Part shown: one piece after another, positions 39,419 to 47,235 of the stretch | Layout of the letters: each line of letters starts with the position of its first letter | Position numbering within the stretch: position 1 is the stretch's first letter | Origin: Candidatus Gastranaerophilales bacterium | GTDB lineage: Bacteria; Cyanobacteriota; Vampirovibrionia; Gastranaerophilales; Gastranaerophilaceae | Direction: 5' to 3' | NCBI GenBank assembly: GCA_944324405.1 | Contig: CALUWF010000003.1 | Span: 8,890 to 72,889, forward strand | DNA: 64,000 nt | Notes under the pieces: model-generated | Told to the model about the DNA's origin: nothing | Seen by the model: the letters and a program-made list of their open reading frames with translations, nothing else | Databases searched by the model: none | Program-made: the position numbers and the translations under genes

Positions 39419-40470
39419 TATGCCACCTCGTATTCTTTATCAATATCTATCTGTGTATCAGGTTGATTTTGCGCAATTTTAAATCCGCGCGTAGCGTTGT
39501 AAATGCCAAGTATAGTCGAAGCCAGAGCACCGAATATCAATGTTCTTCCGACTATTTTTGAAGCATATTTAAACTTTATGTTGTTTCCGTTATATAAATC
39601 CAAGAAACTATCTCTTAAGGTAGTCGCAAAATTTCTTGCAAGTCCTTTTATTCTTTCCGATTTTGTTCCCTGAAGCGGCATTGAAATTTTATGTTCAAAG
39701 GGCTCTTGTGCGGCAAGGGCAACACCTAAAGCAGCCCAGAAATAAGAGCTTATGTATTTTGCCGATGTTGCTTTTATTATAATTTCTCTTACTTTTTCTT
39801 GAATAGTTTGATCGGGCGAGTTAAGAGGTTTTTTGAAGCCCATTTTTTTGGCTATTTTATCCCACCATAAAAATCTGTTTCCCTTTTGTTCGCCCATCTT
39901 ATTTATAAGGTCAAAGCGGGGAAAATCCGCACTTTCAAAGACTCTGTGATATTCAATTCTTGTTAAATCGGTATCTCCGGGATACTCGGGCAACTCAGTC
40001 ACCACTTTTTTATAAGGCATTTCAAGGTCAACCCCTGTTTTAAGCTGTACGCCTTTATTTATAAGTTTAGAGCCAAGCCATTTTCCTATTGCATAAAATA
40101 TAACCCCGTATGTCATTTTTCTGCCGGATATTGCGGCAAAATATCTGTCCGGGCTTCTAAATTTGGAGTTTGCAAGATTAAACAGAGCAATAAGCGCTGC
40201 CGAGCCTGTTATATTAGGTATTAGGCCCATTGATAAAAACTCGTAAAAATTAGAATTTCTGGAGCCGGCCATGCCTTTTGGAGCATATGTAAAAACACTG
40301 TTTACAAGTTTATCCGCAACAATTCTTGCTCCCGTAAGAGGTGTTTTTTTAATTATTCTGTCAGATGTGCTTGAAAGCTTTTTATGCGCTTCTTCAGAGG
40401 CATAGTAAGCGTTTTTAGGCATGTTTATAGATTTTACCTGACCTGTTTGCACTTTGTTATAGGACTCCAA
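39418..40470 (-). CDS. 350-aa polytopic membrane protein, no recognisable family
   Basis: About four hydrophobic segments (LSMGLIPNITGSAALIALFNLA, MTYGVIFYAIGKWLG, YISSYFWAALGVALAAQ, IVGRTLIFGALASTILGIY). The ORF-track start is TTG with no clear SD, so the start is uncertain. Confidence 0.55.
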   Translation of the reverse strand: MESYNKVQTGQVKSINMPKNAYYASEEAHKKLSSTSDRIIKKTPLTGARIVADKLVNSVFTYAPKGMAGSRNSNFYEFLSMGLIPNITGSAALIALFNLANSKFRSPDRYFAAISGRKMTYGVIFYAIGKWLGSKLINKGVQLKTGVDLEMPYKKVVTELPEYPGDTDLTRIEYHRVFESADFPRFDLINKMGEQKGNRFLWWDKIAKKMGFKKPLNSPDQTIQEKVREIIIKATSAKYISSYFWAALGVALAAQEPFEHKISMPLQGTKSERIKGLARNFATTLRDSFLDLYNGNNIKFKYASKIVGRTLIFGALASTILGIYNATRGFKIAQNQPDTQIDIDKEYEVA

Positions 40471-40621
40471 AAACTAACACACACATTAATGAAAAAGCCT
40501 GAATAAAATAATTTGTTACCAAATCATATAAAAATTTACATTGGTTAACAAATATTTTTGTTTTTCACCAACAACGTTACTAAATGTAGATAAATCCTTA
40601 GAAATTATGTAAAATAATTAT

Positions 40622-42973
40622 ATGGAAACATCTGATTTTCAATTTAGTAATGAAATTATAGACAAAATAAATCTTTTTTACAACTCGCCGGATGAGCTAT
40701 TGCTTTTGTGCGGTTTTTCAGGTTGTGCAAAATCGGAAATCCTAAACAAAACTTTAGAAAATCCCGGTGACGACACCCTTGTATTCAGGCATTTATGCTT
40801 TGAATTCACTACAATCGATGATTTTCTTTTAAATTTTTACGACTCTTTCAGAAAATTTTCGCTTGAAAAAAAAGTAAGCCTTAAAAAAACCATGGGCGAA
40901 AGTTTTAAAAACAAAGTAAGTTTTTATTTTAAAAACATAGATAAAAAATGCATTATAGCCCTGGATAATTTTGAACTTGTCGAAAACAATACCGAAATTT
41001 TAAACTTTTTATCCCACATTGCAAGTTTTGAAAATGTAAAATTAGTTCTTGTTTCAAGGGATAAAAACATTGATTTTTTCATTAATGCGGGTTTGGCGGC
41101 GCAAATAATCGAAATTCATCCGGATTCAAAAGAAGTTTTTAACCAAAAAATACAAAGCGAAGGGATTGAAATCGACAAAAAAACTCTTGATGAATTTTAC
41201 GAACTGAGCGAAGGACATCAGCTTTATTTAAGGATGGTTTTAAGATACTCTCAAATAACCGGACTTAAAATATCCGAACTTTTAAACGAATTTAAAAAGC
41301 GAAACGAAACATTTGGCGATTTTGTGACTTTAAAGCTTGTTTCCCTTGTGCCTGTTGTTTATTTTGATTTTTTAAAAAATTTAAGCGCACTAAACCATCA
41401 AGTCAGCCCTGATTTTATACAAAACTACAATCTCGGCGACACAAGACAGATTGAATATCTGGAAAGAAATTATCTTATTTCAAAAGTCGATAATGAAATT
41501 ATTTTAAGAAATTATTTTAAGAAACATTTTCTAAATACTCTGTCACTTCAAGAAAAATACAGAATTTTTACAAAATTGTGCGAAATTTATGAACAAGAAC
41601 TTGCAAAAAGCCCGCGCGACAGGCTTTTAAGACTATCAAGAGAAAGTATCAGAAAACAAATAGAAACCGTAAAGAAAAATATCCCGACTCTCGGGCGCCA
41701 AACAAAAATTACTCAGGATAATTTTTCCTACATTTCTTTATCACAAGAAGGTTCCAATCCCTGGTTCAACAAAAAAGAAATGGATAGAAAACAAAGATAT
41801 CTGGATAAAAAAAGAGAACTTCAAAACAAAAAACTGAGTGTAAAAAAAGAATTTATGAGCGAAGAAGATGCAAATTTGCTCAGAGAATACAGGAGAAAAA
41901 AATACGAACGGGAACAGATTGAACGTATTGAAAACAGAGAGTTTGATTTCCTTGAAGAGTTTAAAAAAGCGGATGAGCTTGAACAAAATTACCAATACGC
42001 ACAGGCAAACGAAATTTTATCAAAATTAAAAAGCAAAACGGACGATGAGAAAACAAAAATAGAAATTCTTGAGCACCTTGCGCACAACAGCGAAAAACTG
42101 AACAATTTTGAAAATGCCCTTGATTATTATACGCAAGCCTGTTCACTGCACCTTTTAACAGGTGATTACGAAAAATATTTCAGAACCCTCCTTGAAGTGG
42201 CAGCTCTTTATAAAAATCTCTACAGATTTGCAAGCGCAAAAGAAGAATATCTGAAAATAATCAACAGCGACAAAATTTTTGATAATTACGTAAAGACAAC
42301 GGCATATCTTGGCCTGGGGGATATTTTTGAAAGCGAAAACTCTATCGCGCAAGCACTTAAATATTATAGACTGGCGGGAGATTTTGCGGATGAAAATGAT
42401 ACAGCTTCTCTTTGCGAAATTTATTATAAAACCGCAATTTTATATGATGATATGCAGGATTTTGATAATGCGGAAGAATTTTATTTAAAAAATATAAATT
42501 TAACAAATGACAGCGCAAAAAACAGATGGTACTCGCAAAGCTGCATAAATTTGGGACTTATATACTCTTATCAAAACAATATTGATGATGCAAAAAAATA
42601 CATTACTCTTGCACTTGAAAAAGACAGAGCGGACGGCAACCCCTCGGGCATATATTTTGCTTCGCGCGAACTTTCCAAAATTTACGAAAATGAAAATTTT
42701 GATATTGCACGCGAATACATACAAGAAGCCCTGAATTGCGCAAAAGAACTGCATGACGAATTTAAAGAAGCTTTTGCCTATCTTGAATTAGGGGATTTGA
42801 ATTATAATTACAATCAGGATGAAATTGCTCTTGAGTGTTTCTTTGAAGCCAAAAAAGTACTCGGGGCTAATATTTTAAAAGAAAACGAACAAATAATTAA
42901 CCAGAGAATAAACGATATGAAAGTAAAAATGCTGCCTGCCGTTTTTAAAAGGATTGAAGAAAAATATGTTTAA
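40622..42973 (+). CDS. STAND/AAA-like NTPase fused to TPR repeats
   Basis: Walker-A-like LLLCGFSGCAKSEIL, Walker-B-like KKCIIALDNFE, sensor-like VKLVLVSRD, and LSEGHQLYL at the position of the STAND GxP motif. A K/E/R-rich linker follows, then about 330 aa of TPR-like repeats (ALDYYTQA, AKEEYLKI, ALKYYRLA, AEEFYLKN, AKKYITLA, AREYIQEA). Confidence 0.6.
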   Translation: METSDFQFSNEIIDKINLFYNSPDELLLLCGFSGCAKSEILNKTLENPGDDTLVFRHLCFEFTTIDDFLLNFYDSFRKFSLEKKVSLKKTMGESFKNKVSFYFKNIDKKCIIALDNFELVENNTEILNFLSHIASFENVKLVLVSRDKNIDFFINAGLAAQIIEIHPDSKEVFNQKIQSEGIEIDKKTLDEFYELSEGHQLYLRMVLRYSQITGLKISELLNEFKKRNETFGDFVTLKLVSLVPVVYFDFLKNLSALNHQVSPDFIQNYNLGDTRQIEYLERNYLISKVDNEIILRNYFKKHFLNTLSLQEKYRIFTKLCEIYEQELAKSPRDRLLRLSRESIRKQIETVKKNIPTLGRQTKITQDNFSYISLSQEGSNPWFNKKEMDRKQRYLDKKRELQNKKLSVKKEFMSEEDANLLREYRRKKYEREQIERIENREFDFLEEFKKADELEQNYQYAQANEILSKLKSKTDDEKTKIEILEHLAHNSEKLNNFENALDYYTQACSLHLLTGDYEKYFRTLLEVAALYKNLYRFASAKEEYLKIINSDKIFDNYVKTTAYLGLGDIFESENSIAQALKYYRLAGDFADENDTASLCEIYYKTAILYDDMQDFDNAEEFYLKNINLTNDSAKNRWYSQSCINLGLIYSYQNNIDDAKKYITLALEKDRADGNPSGIYFASRELSKIYENENFDIAREYIQEALNCAKELHDEFKEAFAYLELGDLNYNYNQDEIALECFFEAKKVLGANILKENEQIINQRINDMKVKMLPAVFKRIEEKYV

Positions 42974-43595
42974 TAAAGAAAATCTTGAACTATTAAAAAA
43001 AGAATTTAATATTGAATTGAACAATAATACCATTGAAAGATTAAATGCTTGGCATAAACTCTTTCTGAATTACAATTCTCACACAAATTTGATGAGCGCA
43101 AACGATATAAACGTACTTTTTGAAAAACATGTTTTTGATTCGCTTGCAATTTTAAAATGGAAAGAGTTTGACCCGCATAAAAAACAAAAAATTCTTGATG
43201 CAGGTACGGGCGGAGGTTTTCCTTCGGTTATTCTGGCGCTTTTTTTCCCGGAACTTGAAATTGTGGCAAACGATTCAAGGATAAAAAAAATTAACTTTAT
43301 AATAGATTTAAAGGCCGAACTTGATATTCAAAATTTAAAAATTTCATACGCAAGAGTAGAGGATTTAGAGTCTCTTAACTGTGATATTGTAATTTCACGA
43401 GCCGTTGGCACAATTAAAAACGTTTTAAGACTTACAAAAAAACATATTAAAGAAGGCGGATATTTTATAATCTATAAATCAAAAAATCTTCAAAAAGAAC
43501 TCGATGAAATTAAAGATATAAATGCAAAAATAGTTAGCTATAATCTGCCTTTGAGGGAAAATTTTGAAAGACACCTTGCAATAATTAAAATGTAG
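42954..43595 (+). CDS. rsmG: 16S rRNA (guanine527-N7)-methyltransferase RsmG (GidB)
   Basis: HTNLMSANDINVLFEKHVFDSL, the SAM motif ILDAGTGGGFPSVILALFFP, and SRAVG. It overlaps the upstream gene by 20 nt. Confidence 0.85.
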   Translation: MKKNMFNKENLELLKKEFNIELNNNTIERLNAWHKLFLNYNSHTNLMSANDINVLFEKHVFDSLAILKWKEFDPHKKQKILDAGTGGGFPSVILALFFPELEIVANDSRIKKINFIIDLKAELDIQNLKISYARVEDLESLNCDIVISRAVGTIKNVLRLTKKHIKEGGYFIIYKSKNLQKELDEIKDINAKIVSYNLPLRENFERHLAIIKM

Positions 43596-43693
43596 ATATG
43601 CATTTTAGCGGCAATTTACTTTAAAAATTAACAAACTTCAAGGGAACAACTCTGCCCGTCATTCGTCTATCATCCAAAAGGCTATAAAATTTA

Positions 43694-44665
43694 TTGAGGA
43701 GTAGTATTTTGGGTATTAACATTTGTGATAGCAGAGAAGATTTTGAATTAGAGCGTATATTGCTTGAAGGAAATGACGAAGAAAAAGAGGATGTACAGGA
43801 AGAAGTAAGAACTTTTTCGACAATTGCAAACAAAGATGAAATTTTACAGATGTATTTAAAAGATATCGGAAGAGTAAAGCTCTTAAATCGCAGCGGCGAG
43901 ATGGCTCTGGGGAAAATAATTAAAGAAGGGAGCAGAAAAGAAGCGCAGATTGCCAAAAAGAAACTTGTGCAGGCAAATTTAAGGCTTGTTGTATCAATTG
44001 CAAAAAAATACACCGGCCAGGGAATATTATTTATGGATCTTGTACAGGAAGGTTCTTTGGGGCTAATTAAAGCGGCGCAAAGGTTTGATTATACAAAGGG
44101 ATTTAAATTTTCCACTTATGCAACCTGGTGGATAAAACAGACAATAATCCGCGCCATAGCTAACTCGTCACGCTCAATAAGAATTCCCGTGCATATGAGC
44201 GATAAAATCAGAACACTAAAAAAAGCAATTATAAAATTAAGCGTACAAAAAGGCTCTGAACCGAGTGATGAGGAGCTTGGAGAGTATTTAAATATTGATG
44301 TAAAAAAAGTAAAAAGCATTAAAAAAGCCATGATAAAAGAACCGGTAAGTCTTGATACACCTGTGGCACAGGATTTATGCCTTGAAGATTACATAGCCGA
44401 CAATGAGGGTAAAATGCCCGAGATAAGCACGGAAAAAGACTTTTTAAACAAAGATATAATAAGCGTGCTTGACATTTTAAATCAAAAAGAGAGATTTATT
44501 TTAATAAACCGTTTTGGATTAGGCGGGCGCAAAACAAAAACTTTAGAAGAGTTGGGGAGAATTTTGGGCTTTTCAAAAGAGCGAATAAGACAGATTGAAA
44601 ACGAAGCACTTAAAAAATTAAGACGCTCGGAGAGAGCAAAACCTCTCAAAGATTACTTGAGGTGA
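43694..44665 (+). CDS. RNA polymerase sigma-70 family factor (RpoD-like, short N-terminus)
   Basis: Region 1.2 is [11 protein letters not shown]. Region 2 is [61 protein letters not shown]. Regions 3 and 4 include [27 protein letters not shown]. The likely start is the TTG at 43709, 7 nt after GAGGAG. Confidence 0.9.
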   Translation: MRSSILGINICDSREDFELERILLEGNDEEKEDVQEEVRTFSTIANKDEILQMYLKDIGRVKLLNRSGEMALGKIIKEGSRKEAQIAKKKLVQANLRLVVSIAKKYTGQGILFMDLVQEGSLGLIKAAQRFDYTKGFKFSTYATWWIKQTIIRAIANSSRSIRIPVHMSDKIRTLKKAIIKLSVQKGSEPSDEELGEYLNIDVKKVKSIKKAMIKEPVSLDTPVAQDLCLEDYIADNEGKMPEISTEKDFLNKDIISVLDILNQKERFILINRFGLGGRKTKTLEELGRILGFSKERIRQIENEALKKLRRSERAKPLKDYLR

Positions 44666-44703
44666 CAATGTTTAAAGACTAAAAATATGCTACAATCATT
44701 TTA

Positions 44704-45486
44704 ATGGAAAATTTAGTCGAAATTAAAAATCTATATAAAACTTACAGCGAAAACACGGGGCTCTTTAGTGCAAAAAAAGAGCCCGTGCACGCGCTTAGGG
44801 GAATAAATCTTGAAATTAAAAGGGGGGAAATTTTAGCTCTTGTAGGCGAATCCGGCTGCGGGAAGTCAACGCTTGGCAATTGCATACTAAAGCTTATTGA
44901 TACAAGCTCGGGCGAAATTTTATTTAAAGGGGAGAATATTCTTACGTATAATAAAAAACAAACAAAGGCCTTTAGGAAATCGGCGCAAATGATTTTTCAA
45001 AACCCATATTCAAGCCTAAACCCCAAAATGAGAATAAAAGAAATCCTTGAAGAGCCGCTTAAGATTTACCGCGAAAAAAATATAAAAGAAAGGGTGATTG
45101 AAACAATATCTCTCTGCGGACTTAACCAAAACGATTTAAAAAAATATCCGCATCAATTCTCGGGCGGACAGCGCCAAAGGATTGCAATTGCCCGTGCACT
45201 TATTCTAAAACCGGACTTTATTGTGGCTGATGAGCCGGTGTCCGCGCTTGATGTAAGCATTGCGGCACAAATTATAAACCTTTTAATTGAACTCAGGGAA
45301 AAATTAAATCTCACATTCCTTTTTATCTCACATGATTTAAACATAGTAAAATATATAAGTACGCGCATTGCCGTTTTAAATAAAGGAATGATAGCCGAAG
45401 TCGGTATAACGGAAGAAATTTTTAAAAATCCCAAAGATGACTATACAAAGCTGCTTTTAAGTTCTATACCAAAGGTTAATCTTTAG
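44704..45486 (+). CDS. ABC transporter ATP-binding protein (Opp/Dpp F-type)
   Basis: Walker A GESGCGKST, signature FSGGQRQRIAIARAL, and Walker B FIVADEPVSALD. No permease or binding-protein gene is adjacent. Confidence 0.85.
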   Translation: MENLVEIKNLYKTYSENTGLFSAKKEPVHALRGINLEIKRGEILALVGESGCGKSTLGNCILKLIDTSSGEILFKGENILTYNKKQTKAFRKSAQMIFQNPYSSLNPKMRIKEILEEPLKIYREKNIKERVIETISLCGLNQNDLKKYPHQFSGGQRQRIAIARALILKPDFIVADEPVSALDVSIAAQIINLLIELREKLNLTFLFISHDLNIVKYISTRIAVLNKGMIAEVGITEEIFKNPKDDYTKLLLSSIPKVNL

Positions 45487-46151
45487 CGCAGGTTTAAAAA
45501 TTTATGCATTTGCGCGATTAAGCGCACATTTTTATACTGCTTGTAAAATTTATCAAAAATTCCCTCAATATCCAAAGAAGTACTCATTGGCATCCTGGGC
45601 TGCAAAATAAGCTCTATTTGATATTTTTTGGCAAGCTCGCAGCATTCTTTAATCTCTGTATCTAAAATATTTTCATCAAAAACAACTTTTGCAAAAACTT
45701 CTTTCTGCTTTGCGATTTCTAAAAATTCATCGAAAGTTATAAGGCTAAATTCAATTCCCGCTGCGCTTTTAAGCTTAATATCCATTGATATAATATCGAC
45801 GTAATCAATAACTTTTGCAAGTTCTTCCGCGTTCGTTCCGTTTGTTTCAAGGTATATTTTTTTATTCAGTCTGTTTTTGTATTTTCTTAAAAATTCGCAT
45901 AAAAAATCCGCCTCCAAAAGAGGTTCGCCGCCCGTAAAGCTGACCGTTGCGGCATCGCTTGCTTTTAATTTTTCAAAAAATTCGTCAAAGCCGTATTCCT
46001 GGGAACTCTCATCGCACAAAAAATCAGTATCACAATAACTGCAATTTAAATTACACCTTGTCGTCCTTACAAAAAGCTGCTTTTGCCCGATATAAGAGCC
46101 TTCTCCCTGAATTGAGTCAAAGATTTCTTTAATTTTAATTCTGTTTTCCAT
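45483..46151 (-). CDS. queE: 7-carboxy-7-deazaguanine synthase (radical SAM QueE)
   Basis: IFDSIQGEGSYIGQKQLFVRTTRCNLNCSYCDT and SFTGGEPLL. Confidence 0.85.
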   Translation of the reverse strand: MENRIKIKEIFDSIQGEGSYIGQKQLFVRTTRCNLNCSYCDTDFLCDESSQEYGFDEFFEKLKASDAATVSFTGGEPLLEADFLCEFLRKYKNRLNKKIYLETNGTNAEELAKVIDYVDIISMDIKLKSAAGIEFSLITFDEFLEIAKQKEVFAKVVFDENILDTEIKECCELAKKYQIELILQPRMPMSTSLDIEGIFDKFYKQYKNVRLIAQMHKFLNLR

Positions 46152-47130
46152 AAAAGTTTTCTCTTAAGCTTTCATTATGTCCGTTTGAAATTAAGCGATA
46201 CATTTCTACTTCTTTATCCCTCATATCGGGCGATATGTCAATAACCACTTTTACCATAAGCGGGTCGCGTTTGTTTGTCTGCGCGTTTAAAAAACCGCTG
46301 TCCAAAAGCTTAAAAGTCGTGTTTGTTCTTGTCTTTGGCGGAATTTTTAAAATTTTTGTGCCGTTATCCGGAGAAGGGATTTTTATTTCCGCCCCCAAAA
46401 CCGCTTCATAAGGATTTATCGGAATTTCAATGTAGGCAAGACCCTCCAGACTCTTAAAAGCAGCATTTTTTTCAATATGCACAATAAGATACAAATCGCC
46501 GTTTTTACCGCCGAATTTGCCTTCTTCTCCTTCATTTCTCACTCTTATTTTAATGCCGTCTTTAATATTCGGCGGAATTTTTACATTTATTTTCTTATAA
46601 CTTGTTTTCTCGCCGCTTCCGTTGCAAAAAGAGCATTTTGAGCCGTTTGTAAATTTTGCGCCGAAACATTTGGGGCATTTTTCGTTTTGCAAAATGTTTA
46701 CTTTCGCGTTTGTACCCTTTAATGCCTCATCCAAGGTTATTGTAATATGCGTTGTTATATCTTCGCCGTTTACTTTCTTGGGGGCATTGGCGCGCTTTTT
46801 TGTTTCATCAAAAAACTTATAAAAGTTTTTCATAAAATCATTTTGTTTTTTATATTCATAACTTGCTTTTTTATAGCTGTACGATGTGTTTTTTTCATAT
46901 GTTGAAGTTTTTTTCTTTTGATTAAATCCGTATGCAAAATCATATTGAAGACGCATATTGTCATCAAGGAGCGTTTTTGCCGCAAGGTTAATTTGTTTAA
47001 AAATAATTTCGGCTTCAAGCGTATGGTTAACATCCGGATGATACTTTCTGGCTTTTTTTCTGAAAGCCGATTTTATTTCATCCCTTGTTGCATCGGGTTT
47101 TATGTCCAATATATCGTAATAATTTTTCAT
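46135..47130 (-). CDS. DnaJ-like co-chaperone (J domain, single zinc centre, DnaJ C-terminal domain)
   Basis: J domain YYDILDIKPDATRDEIKSAFRKKARKYHPDVN. There are only two CxxC motifs (CPKCFGAKF...CSFCNGSGE). The C-terminal beta domain is DnaJ-like. Confidence 0.8.
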   Translation of the reverse strand: MKNYYDILDIKPDATRDEIKSAFRKKARKYHPDVNHTLEAEIIFKQINLAAKTLLDDNMRLQYDFAYGFNQKKKTSTYEKNTSYSYKKASYEYKKQNDFMKNFYKFFDETKKRANAPKKVNGEDITTHITITLDEALKGTNAKVNILQNEKCPKCFGAKFTNGSKCSFCNGSGEKTSYKKINVKIPPNIKDGIKIRVRNEGEEGKFGGKNGDLYLIVHIEKNAAFKSLEGLAYIEIPINPYEAVLGAEIKIPSPDNGTKILKIPPKTRTNTTFKLLDSGFLNAQTNKRDPLMVKVVIDISPDMRDKEVEMYRLISNGHNESLRENFYGKQN

Positions 47131-47185
47131 TTGTTCATAATTTTAATGAACATTTTTAAAAAATCCAATTGGACGGGTAATTAAA

Positions 47186-47219
47186 TTAAAAAACGGCAGG
47201 CGTTTTTCCTGCCGTTTTT
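47186..47219 (-). terminator. rho-independent terminator after 47236-49275
   Basis: Stem AACGGCAGG (47192-47200) / CCTGCCGTT (47208-47216). On the minus strand it is followed by TTTTAATTT. Confidence 0.7.
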
Positions 47220-47235
47220 GTATTGTATAAAGCAA

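Noticed and set aside
40478-40485. (CA)4 microrepeat just upstream of the 350-aa membrane-protein gene, a possible phase-variation tract
   Set aside because: Four units is too short for slipped-strand switching, and it is not within a spacer or coding frame that would be affected.
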